Part shown: in pieces, positions 10,871 through 21,419 of the stretch
Layout of the letters: every line of letters starts with the position of its first letter
How positions within the stretch are numbered: position 1 is the stretch's first letter
Assembly (NCBI GenBank): GCA_002280615.1
Contig: NCEJ01000001.1
Span: 1 to 62,648, forward strand
Source of the DNA: Micrococcales bacterium 32-70-13
Lineage (GTDB): Bacteria; Actinomycetota; Actinomycetes; Actinomycetales; Microbacteriaceae
Direction of reading: 5' to 3'
DNA length: 62,648 nucleotides
The notes under the pieces: model-generated
Seen by the model: only the letters and a program-made list of their open reading frames with translations
What the model was told of the DNA's origin: nothing
Database searches by the model: none
Translations under genes and position numbers: made by a program

Positions 10871-10886
10871 TGTGCAGAAACGCACA
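10871..10886. promoter_or_regulatory. Inverted repeat TGTGC-N6-GCACA, candidate LysR site upstream of mmsA
   Basis: Palindromic site between the LysR gene and mmsA. Confidence 0.4.
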
Positions 10887-10912
10887 ATCCGGTTCGGGAT
10901 GCTCGCGCGCGC

Positions 10913-11830
10913 TCAGCGCGGCGGCAGCAGCTCGTCCCGCCGGTCGGCGACCTCGCGGCGCAGGGCATCGCGAACGATCCCCACGGCATCGACCGCGGGG
11001 CTGTCGGGCCGCGTCGAGAGCATGAACGGCAGGCGCACGTCGACGGCCCGCGGCAGCACGGGCTCGAGCCCCGCCGCCCCCTCGCCCATGAAGGCGTGCA
11101 GCAGTCCGATGCCCGCTCCGGCCCGGGTCGCCTCTGCTTGCGCGAACACGTTCGTCGACCCGAACCCGAGCCGCATGCCCTCGAGCCCGAGCGTGGCGAG
11201 GTCGAGCTCGCGCACGGTGAGCAGGGCATCCACGTAGAAGACGAGGTCGTGGCCCTCGAGGTCGGCGGGCGTGCGGATCGCGGGGCGCGCGGCCAGGTAG
11301 CTCGGCGCCGCGTACAGCCGCAGCGCGTACTCGGTGAGCAGCTCGGCCGTGACGCGCGACCCGGCGGGCGACCCGACCGTGACGGCGAGGTCGAAGCCCG
11401 AGCCGCGCAGGCTCAGCGGGCGCGTCGAGGTCACCAGTTCGAGCGCGATTCCCGGATGCTCGACACGCACCCGCGCGAGCGCCGGCGCCGCGAACAGCGA
11501 GCCGAAGCCCTCGGGTGCGGCGACGCGCACGGTGCCCCGCACCGCGTCAGAACCGGATGCTGCCGCCACCACCTGCTCGACGAGCCCCTCGAGCGGGGCC
11601 GCGCGCTCGACCACGTCGCGGCCGATCGCCGTGAGCTGCCAGCCGTCGGCGCCGCGGTCGAGCAGCCGCGCACCCAGCGCGCTCTCGAGGCGGTCGAGGC
11701 GGCGGCGCACGGTCGTGTGGTCGACGCCGAGCAGGGCCGCGGCACTCACGAGGCGACCGACGCGCGCGACCGCGAGCAAGTACCGCAGGTCGTCGGCGCT
11801 CACCTCGTGCGGGTCGGGGCCGGTGCTCAT
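10913..11830 (-). CDS. LysR family transcriptional regulator
   Basis: N-terminal HTH (AA..LGVDHTTVRRRL..LE..LG..L..R) plus substrate-binding domain; leaderless TACGCT. Confidence 0.92.
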   Translation of the reverse strand: MSTGPDPHEVSADDLRYLLAVARVGRLVSAAALLGVDHTTVRRRLDRLESALGARLLDRGADGWQLTAIGRDVVERAAPLEGLVEQVVAAASGSDAVRGTVRVAAPEGFGSLFAAPALARVRVEHPGIALELVTSTRPLSLRGSGFDLAVTVGSPAGSRVTAELLTEYALRLYAAPSYLAARPAIRTPADLEGHDLVFYVDALLTVRELDLATLGLEGMRLGFGSTNVFAQAEATRAGAGIGLLHAFMGEGAAGLEPVLPRAVDVRLPFMLSTRPDSPAVDAVGIVRDALRREVADRRDELLPPR

Positions 11831-11892
11831 GCGCCCAGCGTAGGGCGGCGCGCGTCGGGCTCGCGTCGGTGGCGGCTGGCACACTGAGCGGC

Positions 11893-13239
11893 ATGGACTT
11901 CGTGCTCCCCCTCGTGATCGGCCTGCTCATCGGCGCCGTGCTCGGCGCCCTGCTCGGGCTCGTGCTCGCCCGGCGCTCGTCGACCGGCGACGACCCCGCG
12001 GTCATCGAGGCGCGGCACCAGACCGCGATCGCCGAGATCCGCGCCGAGGAGGCCCAGCACCGGGCGCAACTCTCGACCGAGCTCGCCGCGCTGCAGGCGA
12101 CCGCGGCCGGCCTGCGCGAGCAGATCGGCTCGGCGCAGGATCAGTACCGCGAGCTCGTCGAGCGCGTGCGCACCGAGCAGGCAGCGCAGGCCGAGCGCGA
12201 GCGCGCCGAGAGCAAGGTGCTACAGCAGCTCGCTCCCGTGCAAGAGACGCTGCGGTCGATGCAGGCGAAAGTCACCGAGCTCGAGACCCAGCGCAGCCTG
12301 CAGCACGGCGAGCTGACGCAGCAGCTGAAGTCGGCGACCGAGGCGGAGGAGCGCCTGCGGGCGACCGCCGAGTCGCTCGCGGGCGCCCTGCGCAGCAACT
12401 CCACGCGCGGCGTGTGGGGCGAGACCCAGCTGCGACGGGTCGTCGAGGCGGCGGGCCTCATCGAGCGGGTCGACTTCGACGTGCAGTGGAGCGTGAGCTC
12501 CGACGCGGGAGCGGGCCGGCCCGACATGGTCATCCACCTGCCCGGCGGCAAGCACATCCCCGTCGACGCCAAGGTGCCCTTCGACGCCTACCTCGCCGCG
12601 AGCCAGATCGCGATCACCGCGACGGGCGAGGAGGGCGACCGCCGCAAGCGCCTGCTGCAGGAGCACGTCAAGGCCGTGCGCGCCCACATCGACGCGCTGG
12701 GGTCGAAGGCCTACTGGGCCGGGCTCGGCACCTCGCCCGAGATGGTCATCGCGTTCATCCCGAGCGAGTCGCTCGTGTCGTCCGCAATGGAGGCCGACCC
12801 CGCGATCATGGACTACGCGTTCTCGAAGCGAGTCGCGCTCGCCTCGCCCGTCACGCTCTGGTCGGTGCTCAAGACCGTCGCCTTCTCGTGGCAGCAAGAC
12901 GTGCTGACGGCCGACGCGCAAGTGCTGTTCGACCTCAGCCGCGAGCTGTACTCGCGCCTGTCGACCATGGCGGGCCACGTCGAGAAGCTCGGCCGGGCCA
13001 TCGAGAGCACGATCAAGAACTACAACGGCTTCGTCGGCTCGCTCGAGCGGCAGGTGCTGCCCACGGCACGCAAGCTGCAGAAGCTCGACGAATCGACCGT
13101 GCTCGGGCCGCTCGCCGCGATCGAAGACTCCCCCCGCGATCTGACCGCCATGGAGCTCGTCGCCGAGCTGGAGTCGGCCCCTCCCGCGGCGCCCGAGCTC
13201 GAGTTCAGCACCCTCGACGGCGAGCGCGCACCGGAGTAG
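11893..13239 (+). CDS. rmuC: DNA recombination protein RmuC
   Basis: N-terminal TM, coiled coil, RGVWGE, RPDM..LPG, VDAK, FIPSE, SPVTL. Confidence 0.93.
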   Translation: MDFVLPLVIGLLIGAVLGALLGLVLARRSSTGDDPAVIEARHQTAIAEIRAEEAQHRAQLSTELAALQATAAGLREQIGSAQDQYRELVERVRTEQAAQAERERAESKVLQQLAPVQETLRSMQAKVTELETQRSLQHGELTQQLKSATEAEERLRATAESLAGALRSNSTRGVWGETQLRRVVEAAGLIERVDFDVQWSVSSDAGAGRPDMVIHLPGGKHIPVDAKVPFDAYLAASQIAITATGEEGDRRKRLLQEHVKAVRAHIDALGSKAYWAGLGTSPEMVIAFIPSESLVSSAMEADPAIMDYAFSKRVALASPVTLWSVLKTVAFSWQQDVLTADAQVLFDLSRELYSRLSTMAGHVEKLGRAIESTIKNYNGFVGSLERQVLPTARKLQKLDESTVLGPLAAIEDSPRDLTAMELVAELESAPPAAPELEFSTLDGERAPE

Positions 13240-13249
13240 CCTGCCCGGC

Positions 13250-13645
13250 ATGCCGACCTACACCTTCGCCTTCAGCGGCTTCGCCGCACCCGACATCGAG
13301 GCCGCGCGAGCGTTCTACCGCGACACCCTCGGCCTCACCGTCACCGTCACCGACGAGATGATGGGGCAGCTCTCGATTGACCTGCCCGGTGGCGGCTGGG
13401 TGCTCGTGTACCCCAAGCCCGACCACGTGCCCGCGACCTACACCGTGCTCAACCTCGAGGTCGCCGACATCGAGGCCGCCGTCGACGAGCTCGTCGAGCG
13501 CGGCGTCGAGATGCTGCGGTACGAGGGCTTCGAGCAGGATGCGCGGGGCATCTCGCGCGGTATCGCCGCGAACCAGGGCCCCGACATCGCGTGGTTCGCC
13601 GACCCCGCGGGCAACATCCTCGCGGTGCTGCAGAACGCCGACTGA
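13250..13645 (+). CDS. VOC/glyoxalase family protein
   Basis: A..FY...LG, LNL.V.DI, AWF.DPAGN. Confidence 0.88.
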   Translation: MPTYTFAFSGFAAPDIEAARAFYRDTLGLTVTVTDEMMGQLSIDLPGGGWVLVYPKPDHVPATYTVLNLEVADIEAAVDELVERGVEMLRYEGFEQDARGISRGIAANQGPDIAWFADPAGNILAVLQNAD

Positions 13646-13767
13646 CCTCCTCCGACCTCGCGGTCGGCGCGGCCCTCGCCGACGACCGGACCCGTCGATA
13701 TGATGAAGCCAGTTTCACCATCGTCGGTGGCTCCGCCGGCGATCCACCCTCCGGCGAGAGATCAACG

Positions 13768-15510
13768 ATGACCCAACGCCCCTGGATGTCCCACTACGCC
13801 GACGACGTCGCGCCCGATCTCGAGACGGTGCCGTTCGAGCACCTTCCCGCGATGATCAGACACTCCGGCTCGGCCTACTCCGGCACGATCGCGTTCACGC
13901 AGTGCATGCCCAACGGCATGAACGGCTCGCTGACCTACGCCCAGGTCGACGCGCTCTCTGACGACTTCGCCGCCTATCTGCGCGAGGTCGTCGGGCTCGC
14001 GCAGGGCGATCGCGTCGCCGTGCAGATGCCCAACTGCCTCGCCTACCCCGTGGTCGCGTTCGGCATCATGAAGGCCGGCTGCGTGCTCGTCAACACCAAC
14101 CCGCTCTACACCGCGACCGAGATGGTGCACCAGTTCTCCGACTCGGGGGCGAAAGCGCTCGTCGTCATCGACATGTTCGCCGACCGGCTGCCCGAGGTGC
14201 TGCCGAATACGAGCATCGAGACCGTCGTGACGGTGCGCATCTCTGAGTTCTTCCCGCCCGTCATCGCGGGCGTGATCCGCATGGTGCAGAAGTACTGGAA
14301 CCGCACACTGCCGGCCATCACGGTCGAGCACACGGCGTTCCAGGCCGCCCTGACCGCGGGCCGGTCGGCGAAGTCGTCCACCGCGCTCACGGCCTACCTC
14401 GACGGCGTCGGGGCAGGCACCGTCGCGGCCCTGCAGTACACGGGCGGCACGACGGGCGTCTCGAAGGGCGCCATGCTCTCGCACGGCAACCTCGTGTCGA
14501 ACACGCTTCAGATGATCCAGATGTGCGGCGGCTACATGCGCCCCGGTCTCGAGACCGTGCTCACGGCCCTGCCGCTGTACCACGTGTTCGCTTTCACGGT
14601 GAACCTGCTCGGCTTCTACCGCCTGGGCGCCCGCAACATCCTGGTGCCCTCGCCCCGCCCGCCGAGCAACCTCAAGCGCGCCTTCGAGAACTACACGATC
14701 ACGTGGGTCACGGGCGTCAACACGCTCTTCAACGCGCTGTTGAACGAGCGCTGGTTCCTCGACAGCCCGCCGCGCCACCTGCGCGCCTCGGCCGCCGGCG
14801 GCATGGCGCTGCACGAGTCGGTCAACGCGCGGTGGGAGGAGGTCACGGGCACGCCGATCGTCGAAGGCTACGGGCTCACCGAGACCTCGCCCGTGCTGAG
14901 CTTCAACCCCTTCGGCCCGAACGAGAAGGCGGGGACGATCGGCATCCCCGTGCCGTCGACCGCGATGATGTGCATCGACGACGCCGGTAACGAGGTCGCA
15001 CCCGGAACCCCCGGAGAGATCGCCGCGAAGGGCCCGCAGGTCATGCTCGGCTACTGGAACCGCCCGGAGGACACCGCGGCGAACATCGTCGACGGCTGGT
15101 TCCGCACCGGCGACATCGCCGAGATGGACGCCGAGGGGTACTTCACCATCGTCGACCGCAAGAAAGACATGATCATCGTCAGCGGCTTCAACGTGTACCC
15201 CAACGAGATCGAGGAGCGCATCGCCGAGCTGCCGGGCGTTCTCGAGGTCGGCGTCGTCGGCATCCCCGACGACAAGAGCGGTGAGAGCGTGCGCGCCTAC
15301 ATCGTCGCGACGCAGACGCCGCCCACCGAGGCGGCCGTGCTCGCGCACTGCCGTGAGGCCCTCGCCGCCTACAAGGTGCCCAAGTCGGTGCGCTTCGTCG
15401 ACGAGCTGCCCAAGAGCCCGATCGGCAAGATCCTGCGGCGCGAGCTGCGAGCCGAGGCCGTCACCTCGGCCACCGCCACTATCGAGACCCAGGGAAGGGA
15501 GCTCTCGTGA
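13768..15510 (+). CDS. Long-chain fatty-acid--CoA ligase (FadD-like AMP-binding protein)
   Basis: LQYTGGTTGVSKG, EGYGLTE, TGD, DRKKD, PKSPIGKI. Confidence 0.92.
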   Translation: MTQRPWMSHYADDVAPDLETVPFEHLPAMIRHSGSAYSGTIAFTQCMPNGMNGSLTYAQVDALSDDFAAYLREVVGLAQGDRVAVQMPNCLAYPVVAFGIMKAGCVLVNTNPLYTATEMVHQFSDSGAKALVVIDMFADRLPEVLPNTSIETVVTVRISEFFPPVIAGVIRMVQKYWNRTLPAITVEHTAFQAALTAGRSAKSSTALTAYLDGVGAGTVAALQYTGGTTGVSKGAMLSHGNLVSNTLQMIQMCGGYMRPGLETVLTALPLYHVFAFTVNLLGFYRLGARNILVPSPRPPSNLKRAFENYTITWVTGVNTLFNALLNERWFLDSPPRHLRASAAGGMALHESVNARWEEVTGTPIVEGYGLTETSPVLSFNPFGPNEKAGTIGIPVPSTAMMCIDDAGNEVAPGTPGEIAAKGPQVMLGYWNRPEDTAANIVDGWFRTGDIAEMDAEGYFTIVDRKKDMIIVSGFNVYPNEIEERIAELPGVLEVGVVGIPDDKSGESVRAYIVATQTPPTEAAVLAHCREALAAYKVPKSVRFVDELPKSPIGKILRRELRAEAVTSATATIETQGRELS

Positions 15511-16475
15511 TCACGCCGCTCATTATCGCGACCCAGGCGGTCGTCAACGAGCAAGACGTCGTGACGCCCTTCGAGCAGAACCTGCTCGTCGGCCTCGTCT
15601 TCGTCATCATGTTCGGCCTCGGAGCCGGGCTCACGCCGCGCGACTTCAAGCTCGCGCTCAAGCGGCCGTCGGGCCTCATCATCGGCTTCGTCACGCAGTT
15701 CGGCATCATGCCCGTGCTCGCCTACGTGCTGTGCCTCGTGTTCCTGTTCCAGCTCGCCCCCGAGGTCGCCGTGCCGCTGTCGATCGGCGCGCTGCTCATG
15801 GGCGCCGTGCCCGCGGGCACGACGTCGAACATGTTCACGTACTTCTCCAAAGGCAACCTCGCCCTGAGCGTCATGATGACCACGAACTCCACCCTGTGGG
15901 CGATCATCATGACGCCGCTCGCGCTCGCGATCTTCGGCAACCTGCTGTTCGCCGGAGAGAACTCGGAGTTCCAGATCCCGATCACGAACATCGTCGTGAC
16001 GCTCGCGGTGCTGCTCATCCCGGTCGTGCTCGGCATGCTCATCCGTCGTTACAGCGCCAACATCGGCGCTGTGCTCGAACTGATGGGCGGCTTCTTCGGG
16101 CTGTTCTTCATCGTTTTCCTCGTGGCGACGTGGGTGCCGCGCAACTGGGCGCTGCTCACGTCGACGGCGTGGCAGACCTACGTCGTCGCCATCGGGCTCG
16201 GCCTCTTCGGCATCGCGATCGCCTACGGCATCTCGCGGGCGATCCGGCTGCACCCCGCGAACGCGCGCACGATCGCGCTCGAGACGGGCATCCAGAACGG
16301 CCCGCTCGCGATCGCGATCATCCTGCTCACGTTCAGCGGCAACCCCGACATCGGGCTCATCCTGATCGTTCCGGCGCTCTACTCGCTGTTCATCGTGCTG
16401 CTCGCGACGGTCGTGACCTTCGTCTTCCGCCGCGCGAACACGGCGGCCGAGCAGAAGATCCCCAACCTGCTGTAG
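15507..16475 (+). CDS. Bile acid:sodium symporter (BASS) family transporter
   Basis: MFGLG, QFGIMP, PAGTTSN, KGN.ALSV, ETGIQN; 4-nt overlap with the ligase. Confidence 0.9.
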   Translation: MITPLIIATQAVVNEQDVVTPFEQNLLVGLVFVIMFGLGAGLTPRDFKLALKRPSGLIIGFVTQFGIMPVLAYVLCLVFLFQLAPEVAVPLSIGALLMGAVPAGTTSNMFTYFSKGNLALSVMMTTNSTLWAIIMTPLALAIFGNLLFAGENSEFQIPITNIVVTLAVLLIPVVLGMLIRRYSANIGAVLELMGGFFGLFFIVFLVATWVPRNWALLTSTAWQTYVVAIGLGLFGIAIAYGISRAIRLHPANARTIALETGIQNGPLAIAIILLTFSGNPDIGLILIVPALYSLFIVLLATVVTFVFRRANTAAEQKIPNLL

Positions 16476-16492
16476 GCCTCAGGGCCGCGCTT

Positions 16493-16700
16493 CGTACGAC
16501 ACACGACGCCTCGCACGGTTCGAACCGTGCGAGGCGTCGTCTTCTGTGCGACGAGTGGATGCACCGCTCACGCGAGGCGGCACTCGAGCGCACGCCGCCG
16601 GGCACCGCCGGCCTGTACCGCCCAGCGCCCCGTACCGAAAACGACACCTCGCACGGTTCGGAACGTACGAGGTGTCGTATTGCGTCAGAAGAGTGGATGC
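16493..16700. repeat. Two ~70-bp REP-like palindromic units 138 bp apart
   Basis: Perfect 38-bp palindrome 16503-16540; diverged copy 16641-16678; both end in GAGTGGATGC. Confidence 0.8.
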
Positions 16701-16705
16701 TCGGG

Positions 16706-18604
16706 CTACGCGTCGCCCACGGGCGCCGCGTACTGCGCCTCGTAGAGCCGCGAGTAGGCGCCACCCGCGGCGAGCAGCTGCTCGTGCGTGCCCTGCTCGA
16801 CGATGCGGCCCGCCTCCATCACGAGGATCAGGTCGGCGTCGCGGATGGTCGACAGGCGATGCGCGATGACGAAGCTCGTGCGATCGCGGCGCAGCGCCGC
16901 CATGGCGTGCTGCACGAGCACCTCGGTGCGCGTGTCGACCGAGCTCGTGGCCTCGTCGAGGATGAGCACGCTCGGGCGGGCGAGGAAGGCGCGGGCGATC
17001 GTCAGCAGCTGCTTCTCGCCCGCGCTCACGTTCTCGCCGTCGTCGTCGAGCACGGTGTCGTAGCCCTCGGGCAGCGCCCCGACGAAGCGGTCGACGTAGG
17101 TGGCACGGGCCGCGTCGAGGATCTCCTCCTCGCTCGCATCCGGTCGGCCGTAGGCGATGTTGTCGCGAATGGTGCCGCCGAACAGCCAGGTGTCTTGCAG
17201 CACCATGCCCATGCGCGAGCGCAGGTCGTCGCGCGTCATCGCGGCGATGTCGACACCGTCGAGCGTGATGCGCCCGCCGTCGAGTTCGTAGAACCGCATC
17301 ATGAGGTTGACGAGCGTCGTCTTGCCCGCGCCGGTCGGCCCGACGATCGCGATCGTCTGCCCGGGCTCGGCGACGAGCGACAGCCCGTCGATGAGCGGCA
17401 CATCGGGGTCGTAGCGGAACGAGACGTCGTCGAACACCAGCCGACCCGTGGCGGCGTCGGGGGTCGCCGCCGGCGACGGGTCGGGGCGCTGCTCGGGCGC
17501 ATCCATCAGCTCGAAGACGCGCTCGGCGCTCGCGACACCCGACTGCAGCAGGTTCGCCATCGAGCCGAGCTGGCTGAGCGGCTGCGTGAACTGGCGCGAG
17601 TACTGGATGAAGGCCTGCACGCCGCCGATCGTCATGGCGCCCGTCGTCACGAGCAGACCGCCGACGACCGCGATCGCGACGTAGACGAGGTTTCCGACGA
17701 ACATGATGGCGGGCATGATGATGCCGCTCACGAACTGCGCACCGAAGCTCGCGGTGAAGAGCTGCTCGTTCTTCTCCAAGAACCGCTGCTCGACCTCGCG
17801 CTGCCGCCCGAAGACCTTCACGAGGGCGTGGCCCGTGAAGGTCTCCTCGATCTGCGCGTTGAGCTCGCCCGTGTGCGCCCACTGCGCCACGAAGAGCTTC
17901 TGCGAGCGCTTCGCGATGACCGCCGTGATGACGAGCGTGAGCGGCACCGTGATGAGCGAGACGAGGGCCAGGATGGGCGAGATCACGAACATCATGACGA
18001 TGACGCCCAGCACGGTGAGCAGCGAGGTGAGGAGCTGGCTCAGGGTCTGCTGCAGGCTCTGCGAGATGTTGTCGACGTCGTTGGTGACGCGGCTCAGCAC
18101 CTCGCCGCGCTGCACGCGGTCGAAGTAGGTGAGCGGCAGGCGGTTGAGCTTGGCCTGCACCTCCTTGCGCAGCCGGTAGACCGTGCGCTGGGTCACGCCG
18201 TTGAGCAGGTAGCCCTGCAGCCACGAGAACACCGACGAGAAGACGTAGACGAGCAGCACGATGCCGAGCAGCAGCTGCAGCTGGGCGAAGTCGATGCCCG
18301 CGCCATCGCCCGCCTGACCCGCGCCGTCGCCGTTGCCGAAGACGCCGTCGACGATGACGTTCGTCGCCATGCCGAGCAGCGCCGGGCCGACGACGCTCAG
18401 CAGCACGCTCAGCACGCCGAGGGCGATCACGACGATGACGAGCGCGCGCTCGGGCGCGAGACGGCCGACGAGCCGATTCGCGGAGGGCCCGAAGGTCATC
18501 GCCTTCTCGGCGGGCATGCCGATGCCGCCGCCCATCGGGCCGCCCATGGGCCCGCGGCGCACTCCGCCGGGAGGGCCGATCGGTCGTGCCGGTGCCGTGC
18601 TCAT
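16706..18604 (-). CDS. ABC exporter, fused permease/ATPase (heterodimer subunit)
   Basis: TM domain, GPTGAGKT, VSAGEKQ, LILDEAT, IAH. Confidence 0.93.
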   Translation of the reverse strand: MSTAPARPIGPPGGVRRGPMGGPMGGGIGMPAEKAMTFGPSANRLVGRLAPERALVIVVIALGVLSVLLSVVGPALLGMATNVIVDGVFGNGDGAGQAGDGAGIDFAQLQLLLGIVLLVYVFSSVFSWLQGYLLNGVTQRTVYRLRKEVQAKLNRLPLTYFDRVQRGEVLSRVTNDVDNISQSLQQTLSQLLTSLLTVLGVIVMMFVISPILALVSLITVPLTLVITAVIAKRSQKLFVAQWAHTGELNAQIEETFTGHALVKVFGRQREVEQRFLEKNEQLFTASFGAQFVSGIIMPAIMFVGNLVYVAIAVVGGLLVTTGAMTIGGVQAFIQYSRQFTQPLSQLGSMANLLQSGVASAERVFELMDAPEQRPDPSPAATPDAATGRLVFDDVSFRYDPDVPLIDGLSLVAEPGQTIAIVGPTGAGKTTLVNLMMRFYELDGGRITLDGVDIAAMTRDDLRSRMGMVLQDTWLFGGTIRDNIAYGRPDASEEEILDAARATYVDRFVGALPEGYDTVLDDDGENVSAGEKQLLTIARAFLARPSVLILDEATSSVDTRTEVLVQHAMAALRRDRTSFVIAHRLSTIRDADLILVMEAGRIVEQGTHEQLLAAGGAYSRLYEAQYAAPVGDA

Positions 18605-20334
18605 GCGCTCGCCTCCGCTCGCAGCTGGCTGTCGACGATCTCGGCGTACGTCGGGTTGCTCGCGAGCAGCTCGGCGTGGGTGCCGCGACCGACCACGCGG
18701 CCCTGGTCGAGCACGATGATCTGGTCGGCGTCCTGCACGGTCGCGACGCGCTGGGCCACGACGATGAGCGTGGCGTCGGCGACCTCGCGGCGCAGGGCGG
18801 CCCGCAGCCGGGCATCCGTCGCCGTGTCGAGGGCCGAGAACGAGTCGTCGAAGACGTAGATCTCGGGGCGCTTCACGAGCGCGCGGGCGATCGCGAGGCG
18901 CTGCCGCTGACCGCCCGAGACGGTCGTGCCGCCCTGCGCGATCGGGGCGTCGATGCCCTCGGGCATCGCGCGGACGAAGTCGGCGGCCTGCGCGATCTCG
19001 AGCGCCGCCCAGAGCTCGTCATCGCTCGCGTCGGGCTTGCCGAAGCGCAGGTTGCTCGCGACCGTGCCCGAGAACAGGTAGGGGCGTTGCGGCACGAGCC
19101 CGATGCGGCTCCACAGCAGGTCGGCATCGAGCTCGCGCACATCGACGCCGTCGACGAGCACCGCGCCGTCGGTGACGTCGAACAGCCGCGGCAGCAGGCT
19201 GATGAGCGTCGTCTTGCCCGAGCCCGTGCTGCCGATGATGGCCGTCGTGCGCCCGCGCTCGGCGACGAGGCTCACCCCGTCGAGCACCGGATGCTCGGCC
19301 CCCGGGTACGCGAACGACACGTCGCGCAGCTCGACCCGGCCGCTCGCCTCGAGCGTCGTGACGGGGTTCGCCGGCAGCACCACGGAGGACGGCGTCTGCA
19401 GCACCTCGCCGATGCGATCGGCTGAGACGGCCGCCCGCGGCAGCAGCACGGCGATGAAGGTGGCCATGAGCACGGCCATGAGGATCTGGATGAGATAGGT
19501 GAGGAACGCCGTGAGCGCCCCGACCTGCATGAGCCCCGACTCGATGCGGAACGCCCCGAACCACAGCACGGCCACGCTCGACACGTTGAGCACGAGCAGC
19601 ACGATCGGGAACATGAGCGCGAACAGCCGCCCCGAGCGCAGCGCGACATCGGTGACAGCTGCGTTGGCATCGGCGAAGCGGTCGACCTCCTGCCGCTCGC
19701 GCACGAAGGCCCGCACGACGCGCATGCCTGTCAGCTGCTCGCGCAGCACGCGGTTGACGGTGTCGATGCGCTCCTGCATCACGCGGAACAGCGGCACCGT
19801 GCGCACGATGATCGCGCTCACGGCGATGAGCAGCACGGGGATGGCGACGGCCATGATGAGCGAGAGCTCGAGGTCTTGCTGCAGCGCCATGATGACGCCG
19901 CCGACGGCGAGGATGGGCGCGCTCACGAGCATCGTGCTCGTCATGAGCACGAGCATCTGCACCTGCTGCACGTCGTTCGTCGTGCGCGTGATGAGCGAGG
20001 GGGCGCCGAAGCGGCTCACCTCGCGCTCGGAGAACGCCCCGACGTGCGCGAACACGGCCCCGCGCAGGTCGCGGCCGAGCGCCATGGCGACGCGCGCGCC
20101 GAAGTACACGGCCGTGATGGCGCACGCGATCTGCACGAGCGTGATGGCGAGCATCCCCCCGCCGACCTGCAGGATGTAGCCCGTGTCGCCCGTCGCGATG
20201 CCGCGGTCGATGATCGCGGCGTTGAGCGCGGGCAGGAAGAGCGAGGCGATCGCCTGCGCGAGCTGGAAGACGACGACGCCCGCGATGAGCCGCCAGTAGG
20301 GCCGCAGGTACCGGCGGAGGATGAGTGCAAGCAT
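18601..20334 (-). CDS. ABC exporter, fused permease/ATPase (degenerate-site subunit)
   Basis: GSTGSGKT, SGGQRQR, degenerate Walker B FDDS and VAQR. Confidence 0.93.
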   Translation of the reverse strand: MLALILRRYLRPYWRLIAGVVVFQLAQAIASLFLPALNAAIIDRGIATGDTGYILQVGGGMLAITLVQIACAITAVYFGARVAMALGRDLRGAVFAHVGAFSEREVSRFGAPSLITRTTNDVQQVQMLVLMTSTMLVSAPILAVGGVIMALQQDLELSLIMAVAIPVLLIAVSAIIVRTVPLFRVMQERIDTVNRVLREQLTGMRVVRAFVRERQEVDRFADANAAVTDVALRSGRLFALMFPIVLLVLNVSSVAVLWFGAFRIESGLMQVGALTAFLTYLIQILMAVLMATFIAVLLPRAAVSADRIGEVLQTPSSVVLPANPVTTLEASGRVELRDVSFAYPGAEHPVLDGVSLVAERGRTTAIIGSTGSGKTTLISLLPRLFDVTDGAVLVDGVDVRELDADLLWSRIGLVPQRPYLFSGTVASNLRFGKPDASDDELWAALEIAQAADFVRAMPEGIDAPIAQGGTTVSGGQRQRLAIARALVKRPEIYVFDDSFSALDTATDARLRAALRREVADATLIVVAQRVATVQDADQIIVLDQGRVVGRGTHAELLASNPTYAEIVDSQLRAEASA

Positions 20335-20498
20335 GGCCTGCCCATTCTTCACCCGCGCGGGCTGTGCGCCCGCCGCGAGCGTGCCGCTCTCAGCGAACGG
20401 GGTTCGCCTGAGAAGTACTAATCGCTGTTCGGTGAGGCGTGTCGAGGAAGGTCCGACCTGCGGTCTAGCATTTGGTTTGACTCAAAGGGGAAGAGGCC

Positions 20499-21419
20499 GT
20501 GCAGTTCGATCTTGTGATCACTAACCCACCCTTCCAGGACAGCGTCAATCGCAAGAAGACGCCCCACAAGTTATGGATCGACTTCACCTTAAGCGTGTTC
20601 TCGCGGTTGGTACGGGACGGGGGCAGCCTGGTCCAGGTCTCGCCTGCAAGCTTCGCGAGCCCCAGCAACTTGGTGTTGAATCTGATGGAAGAACACCAGA
20701 CCCACATCATGCGCTGGGGAACTGGCCATCACTTCCCCGAGATCGGCTCTACCTTCAGTGACTACTGGATCGAGAAGAGCCCGAACGACGGGCGGCCGAC
20801 CCGGGTCGTCGCGGGTGGCGAGCGTTTTGATATCGAACTCGACAGTCGGGTCTTCTATCTCCCCAACGACATCTCGCGATTGGCGCTCTCCATCCACGAG
20901 AAAGTGATGTACGCGGATCGACCACGCTTGAGGGTCGAGTGGGACTATGTGACGGCACACAACATCCGTCGATATCGCGAGAATCCGACGCTCGTCGAAG
21001 TCGAGGACGCTGAGCACCCGTTCCCGGTCTTCCACACGAACCGATCGACCTGGTGGTCATCAATCCGCCAAGACTGGGCAGACTCGCTCAAGGTCATGTG
21101 GACCAGAAGCGGTTACACAAAGCCGTTCTTTGACCCAGGACTGCTCGGCGGGACAGACATGGTCTATTTCGTCAGGGTCGCTTCGATTGACGAGGGGGAA
21201 CTTCTCGCGCACAACATGAACAGTTCGCTCATGAGATACATCTACAAGAGCGCCAAGTGGTCTGGTTTTGGAAACGAGCGAGTCTTCTCGATGTTGCCGG
21301 AGTTGCCTCGGGACCGGCTCCTTTCGGACGCCGACGTCTACGCACACTTCGATCTAGTCCAGGAGGAGGTGGACTATGTCGAAGAGCATTTGGCACCAGG
21401 TCGCAGAAAGAGTAAATGA
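20499..21419 (+). CDS. DNA amino-methyltransferase half: catalytic motifs IV-VIII plus target-recognition region (Eco57I/gamma-like)
   Basis: Begins FDLVITNPPF; LVRDGGSLVQVSP (motif VI-like); no motif I; SD GAAGAGG; in-frame TGA at 20478. Confidence 0.75.
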   Translation: MQFDLVITNPPFQDSVNRKKTPHKLWIDFTLSVFSRLVRDGGSLVQVSPASFASPSNLVLNLMEEHQTHIMRWGTGHHFPEIGSTFSDYWIEKSPNDGRPTRVVAGGERFDIELDSRVFYLPNDISRLALSIHEKVMYADRPRLRVEWDYVTAHNIRRYRENPTLVEVEDAEHPFPVFHTNRSTWWSSIRQDWADSLKVMWTRSGYTKPFFDPGLLGGTDMVYFVRVASIDEGELLAHNMNSSLMRYIYKSAKWSGFGNERVFSMLPELPRDRLLSDADVYAHFDLVQEEVDYVEEHLAPGRRKSK

